In this document: positions 14,555 to 25,552 of the stretch, one piece after another
Layout: each line of letters opens with the position of its first letter
Position numbering within the stretch: the first letter of the stretch is position 1
Source: Thermodesulfobacteriota bacterium
GTDB taxonomy: Bacteria > Desulfobacterota_D > UBA1144 > Nemesobacterales > Mycalebacteriaceae
NCBI GenBank assembly: GCA_965198945.1
Contig: CBDAQI010000001.1
Coordinates: forward strand, 320,001 to 384,000
Direction: 5' to 3'
DNA length: 64,000 nt
Program-made: the position numbers and the translations under genes
The notes under the pieces: model-generated
The model's input: only the letters and a program-made list of their open reading frames with translations
Database searches by the model: none
What the model was told of the DNA's origin: nothing

Positions 14555-17458
14555 ATGAGCAAAAACTCACTGCCGGGAGGTTTTGAGCTCAGGCACATCG
14601 GGTCTGTTGGTGATGATTGCCGTGAGATGCTCAAATTTGTGGGCGCAGACTCGCTTGAGCAACTCATCAGGCAGGCCGTTCCGTCCGATATTTTATGTGA
14701 AGAACCCCTCTCTCTGCCATTCGCCGTTGATGAGAGCTCGTTTCTGGACAAAATGAGGGAAACGGCCTCCCTCAACAAGCGGTTCAAATCTTTCATAGGC
14801 TTAGGATATAACGACTGCAAAACCCCCCAAGTAATCAAAAGAAACATTCTTGAAAATCCCGGCTGGTATACGCAATACACTCCTTATCAGGCGGAAATAG
14901 CACAGGGAAGGCTTGAGGCGCTTCTCAATTTTCAGACCGTTGTGTGTGATATGACGGGCATGGAGATTGCAAATGCGTCTCTTCTTGATGAATCAACGGC
15001 CGCATGCGAAGCCATGGCGATGATTCACAGAGTAGTTTCCGGAAAGCGGCGCGGGAAAAATCCGGAGAGGTTTTTTGTTGATGCGGGCTGTTTTCCGCAG
15101 ACAATTGAGGTTCTGAGGTCAAGAACCGAGCCGCTTGATGTGGAAATGGTTATAGGTGATTTTCAGGATTTTGACCCGGCGGACGGTTTTTTCGGCGCTC
15201 TTGTGCAGTTTCCGAACCGTCGCGGCCGGGCGGACGACTATACGGATTTTATTGAGCGTGCCCACCGTGAGGGCGTTCTTGTGGCCGTTTCCGCGGACAT
15301 TTTGTCACTTGCAATTTTCACCCCGCCCGGAGAGATGGGAGCGGACGTGGTTGTGGGCTCAACTCAGCGGCTCGGTGTTCCAATGGGATGCGGCGGTCCT
15401 CATGCGGCTTATCTGGCGACAAGGAGTGATTTCCGGCGTCAGATTCCGGGCAGAATCATCGGAGTCTCGGTTGACAGAGACGGCGCGCGCGCATACAGAA
15501 TGTCTTTGCAGACCCGTGAGCAGCATATAAGGAGAGAAAAAGCGACTTCCAATATCTGCACCGCTCAGTCTCTTCCGGCAATAATGGCGGCTATGTATTG
15601 TGTGTATCACGGCCCTCGCGGGCTGGAAAAAATTGCGAAAAAAATACACTCTCTCTCGGCCGCCCTGTCCCGTGAACTTACGAAAAACGAGTTCGTCCAA
15701 ACAAATTCACGCTTTTTTGATACGCTTTGTTTTGACCTCTCTTCAATGCCCGCGGAAACTGCGGAAAAAATCAGGAAGTTGTCGCTTCAAAACGGAATTA
15801 ATTTTCTTCATGAAAAAAACAGTGTTGGAGTTTCTCTTGATGAAACCACCGAAATTGCGGATTTAAATCTTATCGCACACATATTTATGGAAGCGGCCGC
15901 AAAAAGTCCGGCGGAAATAAATCCGGGCTCTGAGCCGGAAAAAGATGATGTTCGCGGAACGCTTAAGAGAAAAACCCCGTTTCTCACTCATCCGGTTTTC
16001 AACATCCACCATTCCGAAACGGAAATGGTCAGATACATCAAACGCCTTGAAAACAAAGATCTTTCGCTCACTCATTCAATGATGCCTCTGGGCTCATGCA
16101 CCATGAAACTTAATTCCGCCTCGGAGCTTGCCCCGGTCAGCTGGGCCGGTTTTGCGGAAATCCACCCTTTTGCCCCGTCGGACCAGCTGGAGGGTTACAA
16201 ACGGATTACTGAAGAGCTTGGCGAAAATCTCTGCACAATAACGGGATTTTCCGCCGCATCTCTCCAGCCTAATTCAGGGGCGCAGGGTGAGTTTGCCGGT
16301 CTTATGGTAATCAGGTCATATCATCGCAGCCGCGGTCAAAGAAACAGGAATGTAACGCTTGTTCCTTCTTCGGCACACGGGACAAATCCGGCGAGCGCGG
16401 CGGCGGCCGGAATGAAGGTTGTTACGGTGGCCTGCACGGCGGACGGTTCAATAGACCTGGCGGACCTGGAGAAAAAGTGCGTCGAGAACACTGAAACCCT
16501 TGCGGCGATAATGATTACCTATCCTTCCACTCACGGCGTTTTTGAGCCCGGTATAAAAAAAGCATGTTCAATTGTCCATGCTCACGGCGGGCAGGTTTAT
16601 ATGGATGGCGCCAATCTCAACGCGCAGGTTGGGGTTATGAAGCCCGCACTGATGGGTGCGGATTTGTGCCATGTGAACCTTCATAAAACTTTCAGCATAC
16701 CGCACGGGGGCGGCGGCCCCGGTATGGGGCCCATCTGTGTGGCCGCACACCTTGCTCCGTTTCTTCCCGGTCATCCTTTTGAAGCGGACAGCTCCGGAAA
16801 CGGCGCTCTCAGGTGCCCACCCGTCGCCTCAGCCCCCTGGGGGAGCGCAAGCATAACCGTTGTTTCATATGCGTATATAAAACTTCTCGGCTCCGAAGGA
16901 ATCCGCAACGCCACCATGCACGCGATTTTGAACGCCAACTATATGAAAGAGCGGCTCGGGCGCAGCTACAAGGTTCTCTATGAGGGAAATATGGGCAGGG
17001 TGGCTCACGAATTTATTCTGGACTTGAGAGAATTCAAAAAAAGCGCCGATGTGGATGTTGAAGATTTTGCCAAAAGACTTATGGATTACGGCTTTCACGC
17101 TCCGACCGTTTCCTGGCCTGTGGCGGGCACGATAATGATAGAGCCCACCGAAAGTGAGTCCAAGGCGGAACTTGACCGTTTCTGTGAGGCCCTTGAGAGC
17201 ATCCGTTCGGAAATTGCAGAGATAGAGGCCGGGCATTCCGACCGGCTGAACAATGTTCTCAAGAACAGTCCGCACACGGCGAAAAAAGTTGTCTCGGAAA
17301 CATGGGATTCTCCGTATTCAAGACAGAGCGCATGTTTTCCGGCGGATTTTGTGATTGACAATAAATTCTGGCCTCCGGTTTCACGCATAGACGGCGCTTA
17401 CGGAGACAGAAATCTTTTCTGCACCTGCCCCCCGCCCGAAGCATATAAAGATGATTGA
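14555..17458 (+). CDS. gcvP: Glycine dehydrogenase (decarboxylating), single-chain P protein
   Basis: YTPYQAEIAQGRLE, REQHIRREKATSNICTAQ, NLHKTF, PTESE. Confidence 0.98.
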   Translation: MSKNSLPGGFELRHIGSVGDDCREMLKFVGADSLEQLIRQAVPSDILCEEPLSLPFAVDESSFLDKMRETASLNKRFKSFIGLGYNDCKTPQVIKRNILENPGWYTQYTPYQAEIAQGRLEALLNFQTVVCDMTGMEIANASLLDESTAACEAMAMIHRVVSGKRRGKNPERFFVDAGCFPQTIEVLRSRTEPLDVEMVIGDFQDFDPADGFFGALVQFPNRRGRADDYTDFIERAHREGVLVAVSADILSLAIFTPPGEMGADVVVGSTQRLGVPMGCGGPHAAYLATRSDFRRQIPGRIIGVSVDRDGARAYRMSLQTREQHIRREKATSNICTAQSLPAIMAAMYCVYHGPRGLEKIAKKIHSLSAALSRELTKNEFVQTNSRFFDTLCFDLSSMPAETAEKIRKLSLQNGINFLHEKNSVGVSLDETTEIADLNLIAHIFMEAAAKSPAEINPGSEPEKDDVRGTLKRKTPFLTHPVFNIHHSETEMVRYIKRLENKDLSLTHSMMPLGSCTMKLNSASELAPVSWAGFAEIHPFAPSDQLEGYKRITEELGENLCTITGFSAASLQPNSGAQGEFAGLMVIRSYHRSRGQRNRNVTLVPSSAHGTNPASAAAAGMKVVTVACTADGSIDLADLEKKCVENTETLAAIMITYPSTHGVFEPGIKKACSIVHAHGGQVYMDGANLNAQVGVMKPALMGADLCHVNLHKTFSIPHGGGGPGMGPICVAAHLAPFLPGHPFEADSSGNGALRCPPVASAPWGSASITVVSYAYIKLLGSEGIRNATMHAILNANYMKERLGRSYKVLYEGNMGRVAHEFILDLREFKKSADVDVEDFAKRLMDYGFHAPTVSWPVAGTIMIEPTESESKAELDRFCEALESIRSEIAEIEAGHSDRLNNVLKNSPHTAKKVVSETWDSPYSRQSACFPADFVIDNKFWPPVSRIDGAYGDRNLFCTCPPPEAYKDD

Positions 17459-17483
17459 ATCGGTCCTGAGTTACGAGGTGTTT

Positions 17484-18419
17484 CTAAATTCTTACGTCTA
17501 TGTAGGATTTCTCAAAACCTTTTTCTATGAGGGATGAGATTATGCGCTCATTTTCAGCGGCGGCCATTTCATCAATAAGAGCCTCTTTGATTTCCGGAGG
17601 GATCAGCATTCCCTTTTCCTTGATTGAAAGCACTTTGACAATATGAATCCCGGCTTTTGACCTGACGGGTCCGTTGATTTCTCCGGGTTCAGTTCCGTCC
17701 ACGGCTTCAAACAGGGGTTTGATAAGCTCATCATATTTGAAATACCCTAAGTCGCCGCCCCTGCCGGCCGTTCTTTGATCAATTGAGTGCAGTTTTGCGA
17801 GGTCTTCAAAGTCGTTTCCTTCCTCCCTTGCAATATCAGCTATTTCTTTTGCCCGATCAAAAGAGTCTCCGGAATTGCCCGGCAGGAGAATATGGGCAAT
17901 TCTAATTTCGGCGGAGTGGGGATCGGCGTCCGGATTGTTTTTCAAGTAGAACTCTTCCACTTTTTTGTCGTCTATGTAGAGATTGTTGCGGGCAATTTCG
18001 GATTGGACAAGCTTTGTGGTTAATATCTGCAGCTTTATCTCTCTGAAAAGCTCTTTTAGTGTTGTATCTTTTTCGGCGAGCATTTTTACGAGCCCTTCGT
18101 CGTCCAGATTCAAAGACTCTTTGAAATTTTTCACGGCCGCGTCCAGTTCCTGAGCCGAGACATTGATGTTGTTTTCTGCCGCAGTCTGTTCAATGATGGA
18201 TTCAACTATGATGCTGTTTATAATGTCTTCTTTGGACGCTTCCGGTGTGCGGCTTCTTATTTCTCTTTCTTTTTTTCTGTATTCAGACAGGGTTACAATT
18301 GAGTTATTCACGACGATTGCAATTCCGTCCACCTTTGTTTTTGCGGCGGCGATTCCCTGCTGTGCCGCAAGTAGCCCGACCGCCGCTAATACTGAAAGAA
18401 TCAATTTTGAAAAACTCAT
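17484..18419 (-). CDS. SurA/PpiC-type peptidyl-prolyl isomerase
   Basis: Signal peptide, VDGIAIVVN, IRIAHIL, FEDLAK.HS.D...GGDLG, GIHIVK; downstream of mfd. Confidence 0.88.
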   Translation of the reverse strand: MSFSKLILSVLAAVGLLAAQQGIAAAKTKVDGIAIVVNNSIVTLSEYRKKEREIRSRTPEASKEDIINSIIVESIIEQTAAENNINVSAQELDAAVKNFKESLNLDDEGLVKMLAEKDTTLKELFREIKLQILTTKLVQSEIARNNLYIDDKKVEEFYLKNNPDADPHSAEIRIAHILLPGNSGDSFDRAKEIADIAREEGNDFEDLAKLHSIDQRTAGRGGDLGYFKYDELIKPLFEAVDGTEPGEINGPVRSKAGIHIVKVLSIKEKGMLIPPEIKEALIDEMAAAENERIISSLIEKGFEKSYIDVRI

Positions 18420-18428
18420 AATGTCTTA

Positions 18429-21400
18429 TTATACACCCTGAACGGTTTTAATTGAAGAAAGCAGCCGCGCCGCACTTTTAGCCGCTTCAGGTGGAAATTT
18501 ATTTACGGAGCTGACTTTCCAGCTCTCTCCGCATTTTGAAAACAGCGCTCTTGTGTCAGACCGGTCTTTCATCGCATACAACGCCGCGCTGTCTTCTCCT
18601 ATTTCCATAAAACCGACCGAGTGTTTTTTAAGGACGGTTTTAAGCGCCGCAAGCGCAAGAAGGTTGTTCAAGCCCCCCGGCACGGGGCCGAACCTGTCTC
18701 TGATTTCCTCTTTCAAACGGTTCACTTCACTGATTGTGGAAGAAGATGAAATTCTTTTGTAAAACACAAGCCTTTCCCTGCCACTTTCCACATAGTTTTC
18801 CGGTATGCGGGACTCAATTTTTGTTTTGATCTCAGGTTCAACTTCCGCTCGCGTTTTCCCGGTTTTAATTTTCTCCACGGCTTCACGCAGCATTTCAAGA
18901 TAAAATTCAATTCCCACCCCGGCTACATGTCCCGACTGTTCTACGCCGAACAGATTGCCCACGCCTCTCATTCTCAGATCTGAAAAAGCCAGCTCGTATC
19001 CCGAACCGAAATCCCAGAGTTCGGCAAATCGCCCGAGCCGTTTCCACGCCTCTTCTCCCACGGATTTTCTGTCCGGCACAAGCAGGCACGCAAATGCCTG
19101 TTCTTTTCCCCTCCCCACGCGCCCTTTGAGCTGATAAAGGTCCGCTATGCCGAATGTATGCGCATCATTTATAATTATTGTGTTCGCCCTTGTAATATCA
19201 AGCCCCGACTCCACTATCGCGGTGCTTACAAGCATGTCAACTTCTCCGCTCGCGAATTTTTCAACTTTATTCTCAATTTCTTTTTTGCCCATTCTTCCGT
19301 GCGCGGTTTCCATTGAAATACCGGGCGCTATTTTTTTCAGCTTATGCATTATATTTCCTATGCTTTCAATTCTGTTATGGATAAAAAACACTCCGCCGCC
19401 GCGTCCGGTTTCTCTCATAATCAAATTGCGTATAAGATTCCCGTCCCAGTTTCTTATCTCCATTTTTACCGGAAGACGCCCGACCGGAGGCGAATTGATT
19501 ACACTAATGTCCCTTATTCCCGCAAGGGACAGCTGAAGCGTTCTCGGAATAGGCGTGGCGGACAGGGAAAGCACTTCGGGATTGCGTTTGAGACTTTTCA
19601 GTTTTTCCTTGTGTCTTACCCCGAATTTGTGTTCCTCATCTATTATCAAAAGACCCAGATTCCTGAATTTGATTTTGTTTCCGAGAAGTTTGTGGGTTCC
19701 GATTACAATGTCCGCGGTTCCGCTTTCAATTTCACGGAGTATTGTTTTTTCCTCACCGGGGGAAGTGAACCTTGAGAAAGCTACCGTGTTGACCGGAAAT
19801 TTTTCAAGTCTTTTCCGTGCGGTTTGCAGATGCTGGCTTGCGAGCAGGGTGGTCGGAGCTATGAAGGCGACCTGAAAACCATCCATCACGGCCTTCAGTG
19901 CGGCCCTTAAGGCGACTTCGGTTTTTCCAAATCCCGTGTCTCCGCATATCAGCCTGTCCATGGGGCGCGGCGATTCCATGTCTTCCATAACATCTTCTAT
20001 GGCTTTTTTCTGATCGGGAGTTTCCTCGTATAAAAAGTCCATCTCAAATTCCTTGAATTCCAAGTCCGGTTTGGAAAAACTGTGGCCGCCTCCGCCCGAC
20101 TTTCTCCTTGCGTAAAGCTCAAGCAGTTCTTTTGCGACCGTTTCCGTAGCTCTTCTTGCGTTTTTAACGGTTTTTTTCCATGCCGAGCCGCCAAGTTTGT
20201 CAATTTTCGGGCTGCCGTCCTCATTGCCGGCATATCTGTGGAGGAGCCGGAATTTTGACACGGGCACATAAACACTGTCTCCGCCGTGATATTCGCACTC
20301 AATAAAATCTCCGGTCTCGTTTCTTATCGTCAGATTTCTGAGTCCTCTGAATATTCCGATTCCGAATTCACGGTGAACTATCATGTCTCCGTTTTTCATG
20401 TCCCCGAAATCAGACTCAAAAGAAGACGCGGAAGACTTTGTGCGCGGAGCGGTTTTCATTGACGGAATTTTTTCCGCAAAATCCCTCTCGTTCAGAAAAG
20501 CGGTTCCGATTTCCGGGAAGACAAATCCTCCTCCCGCAAATCCGGAATAAAACTGTGCTCCGTCCACACCTTCGTGGATAAAGAAATTCCTTAGTTTTTC
20601 AAGCTCATTTTCATTTGCGGCAAACAGTTTCAGCTTATAGCCGCCGTTTTGCAGAATTTTTGCCGCTCCCAGCATTTTCCCGGCAGAAGAAACCGTTCCA
20701 CCCGAGTGAACCGGAGGTGTTGAGGTCTGAAAATCAATTTCTCCGGAACTGAAAGTTTTAATAAAAACCGTTTTCCGTTTCTCAATTTCCCTCTCCATTT
20801 CACCGGCGCTCAAACGTTCCGGCGCGCCCTCCTTCTTTTCTTTTTTTTCGCCCTGATTTTCAAGAGAGTCCAATATATTTCCGCCGCCGGAGTTTTCAAT
20901 GAACATGACGGTATTTTCTCCGCAATAGTCAAAAATTGATGACTCTGCAATACACTCGTCGTCCGTGCGGAAGGGGAAAATCCGGGCTTCTTCGGTCCGT
21001 CCGGAAGACATCTGGGTTTGCGTGTCAAACTCTCTGAGTGATCTTACTCTGCTGCCCGAAAATTCAATGCGCAGACCGGATTTTCCACCTGCGGGAGTAA
21101 CATCAACAATTGCGCCCCGAACGCTTATTTCTCCTTCAACGCGCGCGAACTCTTTTTTCTTGTAGCCGGTTTCGGTAAGATGTCGTATCAGTTCGTCCCT
21201 GTCCGTTTTGCCGCTCGTTTTTACCCTCACTGAGGCGGACTCAAGAAAAAATGGTGAGACTGTTTTTTCCGCAACTGTTTCAAAATCTGCGCATACAAAC
21301 CGCGCATTTTTTGCGCGCACGAGAGATGAAATATCCGCTCCGTCCGCGACGGCCGGTTTTTCTCCCGTAAATACGGAGATTGCCCGGCTTGCGTGTTCAC

Positions 21401-21608
21401 AGTTTTCTTTTGAGTCTGATATGTAGAGAAGTCGCGCTTGCAGATGTTTGCGCACGAGGCATGACAGAAGAAACGCCGAGCCGCCGATGAGTCCTGACAC
21501 TTCCGCCCTGCCGTTTTTCAGCAAAAGCTCCGCCAGTTTCTCTATTTTATTTCCGGGCTCTGAAGAAAAGTGCGCAAATTCGTCCGAAACGGCGTCGGAC
21601 GGGGTCAT
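18429..21608 (-). CDS. mfd: Transcription-repair coupling factor
   Basis: ETPDQ, MDRLICGDTGFGKTEVA, DEEH, SATPIPRTL, QLKGRVGR; ATG 21608 overlaps the leuB stop. Confidence 0.96.
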   Translation of the reverse strand: MTPSDAVSDEFAHFSSEPGNKIEKLAELLLKNGRAEVSGLIGGSAFLLSCLVRKHLQARLLYISDSKENCEHASRAISVFTGEKPAVADGADISSLVRAKNARFVCADFETVAEKTVSPFFLESASVRVKTSGKTDRDELIRHLTETGYKKKEFARVEGEISVRGAIVDVTPAGGKSGLRIEFSGSRVRSLREFDTQTQMSSGRTEEARIFPFRTDDECIAESSIFDYCGENTVMFIENSGGGNILDSLENQGEKKEKKEGAPERLSAGEMEREIEKRKTVFIKTFSSGEIDFQTSTPPVHSGGTVSSAGKMLGAAKILQNGGYKLKLFAANENELEKLRNFFIHEGVDGAQFYSGFAGGGFVFPEIGTAFLNERDFAEKIPSMKTAPRTKSSASSFESDFGDMKNGDMIVHREFGIGIFRGLRNLTIRNETGDFIECEYHGGDSVYVPVSKFRLLHRYAGNEDGSPKIDKLGGSAWKKTVKNARRATETVAKELLELYARRKSGGGGHSFSKPDLEFKEFEMDFLYEETPDQKKAIEDVMEDMESPRPMDRLICGDTGFGKTEVALRAALKAVMDGFQVAFIAPTTLLASQHLQTARKRLEKFPVNTVAFSRFTSPGEEKTILREIESGTADIVIGTHKLLGNKIKFRNLGLLIIDEEHKFGVRHKEKLKSLKRNPEVLSLSATPIPRTLQLSLAGIRDISVINSPPVGRLPVKMEIRNWDGNLIRNLIMRETGRGGGVFFIHNRIESIGNIMHKLKKIAPGISMETAHGRMGKKEIENKVEKFASGEVDMLVSTAIVESGLDITRANTIIINDAHTFGIADLYQLKGRVGRGKEQAFACLLVPDRKSVGEEAWKRLGRFAELWDFGSGYELAFSDLRMRGVGNLFGVEQSGHVAGVGIEFYLEMLREAVEKIKTGKTRAEVEPEIKTKIESRIPENYVESGRERLVFYKRISSSSTISEVNRLKEEIRDRFGPVPGGLNNLLALAALKTVLKKHSVGFMEIGEDSAALYAMKDRSDTRALFSKCGESWKVSSVNKFPPEAAKSAARLLSSIKTVQGV

Positions 21609-22684
21609 TGAGAGCTCAGTTTTTCCGCTATTATTTCTCCCATTTCTTTGCATCCGACCTTCTTTTTACCCTCTTCATTTATGTCCGCCGTTCTAAAACC
21701 TTCATCAAGGGCGCTTTCAGTGGCGCGATCTATTTTCTCCGCCGCATCATTAATTTTGAAAGAGTATTTAAGCATCATGGCGACAGAAAGTATCGCCGCA
21801 ACGGGATTTGCAGCGTCAGTTCCCGCAATGTCGGGAGCGCTTCCGTGGACCGGCTCATATATTGCGCCACGGTCTCCGATGCTCGCGGACGGCAGCATTC
21901 CCAGGGAGCCGGTCAACTGCGCGGCTTCATCGCTTATTATGTCTCCGAACAAGTTGCCCGCTAGTATCACATCAAAGGTTTTCGGCCTTCTTATAAGCTG
22001 CATCGCCGCGTTGTCCACATACAGGTGGTCAAGTTTTACATCTGCAAACTCCTCCCGCCCGATTTTTGATACAGTCTCTTTCCACAAAACCATTGATTCA
22101 AGCACATTTGATTTGTCCACCGAGGTCAGAGCCCCTTTTCTTGCCTGCGCGGCGGAAAATGCCCTTCTTGCCACACGCTCTATTTCCGAGGTTGTGTAGG
22201 AGAGGGTGTTAATGCCTTTCTGTTCGCCGCCCGGAGAGTCTTCAATTCCTCTCGGCTCACCGAAATAGATGCCGCCCGTGAGTTCCCGCACGACGAGAAT
22301 GTCCGTTCCCGCGACCACATCGCTTTTAAGCGTTGAGGCGTCCGCAAGAGCGGGATAGACCTTTGCCGGGCGCAGGTTTGCGTAGGTGTCAAGTTCTTTT
22401 CTAAGAGCGAGAAGACCGGTTTCAGGTTTAATTGAGTGGTCAAGGTTTTCCCATTTTTCTCCGCCGACCGCTCCGAGAAGCACGGCATCCGCTTCTTTTG
22501 CCTTGCGGAGGACTTCATCCGTTACGGGAACGCCGTGTTTGTCAATGGAACAGCCCCCGAACAGTTCGGTTTCTTTTTCAAATGAAACGCCTGAGATTTT
22601 CTCCGCTTCGGAGAGAACATGAAGCGCCGCTTGCGTTACTTCGGGGCCTATTCCGTCTCCGGGGATGATTAGTATTTTCGGCAT
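21605..22684 (-). CDS. leuB: 3-isopropylmalate dehydrogenase
   Basis: GDGIGPE, ANLRP, VRELTGGIYFG, NLFGDIISD, EPVHGSAPDIAG. Confidence 0.97.
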   Translation of the reverse strand: MPKILIIPGDGIGPEVTQAALHVLSEAEKISGVSFEKETELFGGCSIDKHGVPVTDEVLRKAKEADAVLLGAVGGEKWENLDHSIKPETGLLALRKELDTYANLRPAKVYPALADASTLKSDVVAGTDILVVRELTGGIYFGEPRGIEDSPGGEQKGINTLSYTTSEIERVARRAFSAAQARKGALTSVDKSNVLESMVLWKETVSKIGREEFADVKLDHLYVDNAAMQLIRRPKTFDVILAGNLFGDIISDEAAQLTGSLGMLPSASIGDRGAIYEPVHGSAPDIAGTDAANPVAAILSVAMMLKYSFKINDAAEKIDRATESALDEGFRTADINEEGKKKVGCKEMGEIIAEKLSSQ

Positions 22685-23218
22685 TTGAGGGGTGAGTATA
22701 TCATTTTCATCCCGCTGTTGTGTTGAGCGTAAGCCGCGAAACTGTTAACAGCGGTGTTTAAAATCAATTCTCAAGTTAGCTCTTTTGTTAGAACATCTGA
22801 AAACCAACTACTTCTGCGGAAAGTTGAAACCCGCCGCTTGAACGATAGAACAAATTGGAAAATAGTTTGTGTTTTTCACTGGATAAGAGACGCGGGGGAT
22901 TGAGCCGGATTCAATTTGTATTGTGGTTGAAGACAGGAAGCGTGTTGAAAAAACAAAAATCAGAGCATTGCAATCGGCATGGGAAATCACCTTGGAAAAT
23001 CGTGTTTATAAGTCCGTCAATCCAATAGACTAACCCACTTTTTAACTTAAACACCGTAGGTTTTTTCCACTCCGGAAAGGACATGGAGCGTCGCTTCGGT
23101 TTCTTTGATATCTATTCCGTCTTCGAATATAATTAACAATTTTAGTTTTTAGAAGTCTATTATATAATCATTGTTCTGGTTGGATTGACATATCTAACTC
23201 TATTTGGAAGGGCAAGCA

Positions 23219-25301
23219 ATGAATATGGTCATCAGTTTTTTTCAATTATCAATCTCCTTGGTAAGTGTTGCGGGGCGCAGGGCTGCTCTGCTGTGCTGTT
23301 TCCTGGCTTTGGGCCTGCCTATTTTCGGCTTGCCGACCGGCATCTCTGACGCACAGGCGCAAGGTATGCAAATGCCGGTTGCCATCATGGAGAGTGGTTG
23401 CCACCTTTTCCTCTTCGGTGATAACGGTTACATATGAAGACCGGAATCATAATGACATTCTTGATGCGGGTGAAGTAATAAGTGTCACGCATATCAGGAA
23501 CGGTTCTCCCAGCAGTTTCAATATACTTCGTGACTTACCTGATGTTCCCGGCTATGTAGCGGGCACTCTTGGGTTTTGGGTTTTATATAATGAAACGGGA
23601 ATCCCTTTTCAAATAGAAAGAGTTGATAAATTTACTTATTCCAGTTCCGACGTAGGTTCTATTTCCGACACTATCCCTCCCACGGTTGGTATTTCCGGTC
23701 AGCCTTCTTTTACGGATGGTTCGACGGCGTTTGAAGTAACAGTCACTTTTTCCGAGGATGTGACGGGCTTTACGTCTGGGGGCATAAGAGTTACAAACGG
23801 CGATGCGGGAGACCCAGTGCAGGGCGGGAGCGCTGCGGTGTATACCGTTTCCATCACACCCGACAGCGGCGGTGATGTGGTTGTCCAAGTCATTGCGGGA
23901 GCTGCGGAGGACGGAGCCCGTAACGAGAATACGGAGTCTTTGGCGGTGACGGTGCCGCTGGATGCTGATGTTCCCACGGTTGGGATTATGGGAGCTCTTG
24001 GTGGACCTCTGCCTTCTTCCACGGATGCTTCGACGGCGTTTGAAGTGACGGTCACTTTTTCCGAGGATGTGACGGGCTTTACAGTTGAAGACATCCGTGT
24101 TGCAAACGGCACTGCGGGTTCATTTTTCGGTAGTGATGGCGATACGGAGTATAGGGCCACTATTACCCCTGACGGCGGCGGTGATATAACGATTAACATA
24201 GATGCCGGTGCGGCGCAGGACTTTGCGGGAAACGGGAATGAGGCTGCGGAGGAAGTGATTGTGGTATATCAAATGTCACAGAAAATGCGCGATGAAACCG
24301 TAAGTCAGGTTAAGTCTTTTATGGAAACCGGCGCCCGCCTGCTCCACGGCCATCGTTCTGACCGGTCAAGGCGTCTGGCCCGCTTGAAATATAACGGCAC
24401 GGGCGGCGGTGAGGTCAGTTACAAAGGACACACCCTGCCTGTTATGCCGGTTTCACTGTCCGGTTCACCAGTTTCACTTCTCAGTTCAATGAATGTTGCT
24501 CTGGGTGAGGACAAGACCAAATTAGTTTATTCCTGCACAAAAAACCGGAATGCGGTTTGTATGAAAACTGATATCTGGCTGGAAGGTACTCTGGGAACTT
24601 ATAAGAACGACAATGCGAAGGGTAAATACGGCATTTTGCATGCCGGGGTTGACCGGCGTTTGTATGACCGCTTGCTTGTCGGTGTGACGGCTCAGTTTGA
24701 CCATGTGGTTCAGAATGCGGGCACGGCAAGCAACCGTATCACTATGCCGGGAGCGTCCGCCTCGGATAAGTTTTCATCATGGCGCTGGTCGGCATATGGG
24801 GCTTTGTTCGGGAGTTTTATCCATTCCAATTTCACCTTTAATCTTAATCTGGGGCTGGGGTGGTTCGATCAAGACTCGGAATCCTAACGGGACAGCAACG
24901 GCTTTGACATTCCCTCTGTGCGCACCTATCTGGGTGAGGCTGAAGCGGGTATGCGTATCTCCTATCAGCGTCCCCAGAGTCAGTTCAGCCAGTATCTGGA
25001 ATTTGACGGTCTGTTCCCATTCGGAGGCAAACAGGACAAACAGGCACTCATTCGCATGAAATTGGGCGCGACCGTGGGCTGTCCGTTTGGCGGTATTATT
25101 AGCATTGTCGGATCACTCGATGGTGTGGGCAACCACAAATGGAGGAGCAGCTCAGTAAGTCTGGGTTATCGTGTGCAGGTGAAGCGTTTGTTTGGCGGGA
25201 CAGTCGGCGCCAAGACGTCTGTTGATGGCGGCGGGCTGAATCTCAGCAATGACTCCATGTCCGCAATGACCCCATGTCCGCTTTATTGTTCTACGAATTG
25301 A
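23219..25301 (+). pseudogene. Autotransporter/adhesin with two bacterial Ig-like repeats, split over three ORFs
   Basis: Signal-peptide ORF (23219-23437); frame change near 23390 into the passenger with two PTV.I...FEVTVTFSEDVTGF repeats and barrel-like WLEGTLG..YGILHAGVDRR; second break near 24890. Confidence 0.7.
23712..24082 (+). repeat. Direct repeat pair, 62 bp (23712-23773 and 24021-24082)
   Basis: 59 of 62 positions identical by manual alignment; encodes the core of each Ig-like domain. Confidence 0.9.
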
Positions 25302-25552
25302 GTTTTTGAGGTGCCAGACGCGGCACGGGGTTGCCTTGTCTTGAGCCTTTCTTCAAAGACGGTTTATAGTCGCCGGAGTGGCTGACAAAATAAGGATGCC
25401 CCGCAGGTAGGGCCTGGGTATTGTCCCTTCCCTTGAGTCTGATAGATATTTCTTGTCGGCAGAGCCCTGAAAAGTTTTTTATCTTAAGCGGCGATTCAGA
25501 TTTGTGACCGGCTGTGGAAAGGGTGACTGAATCCACTATAAAAAACTGAACC

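Noticed and set aside
22780..23035. Possible decayed gene upstream of the autotransporter
   Set aside because: One + frame looks protein-like but has several stops and no motif I recognise; cannot be supported.
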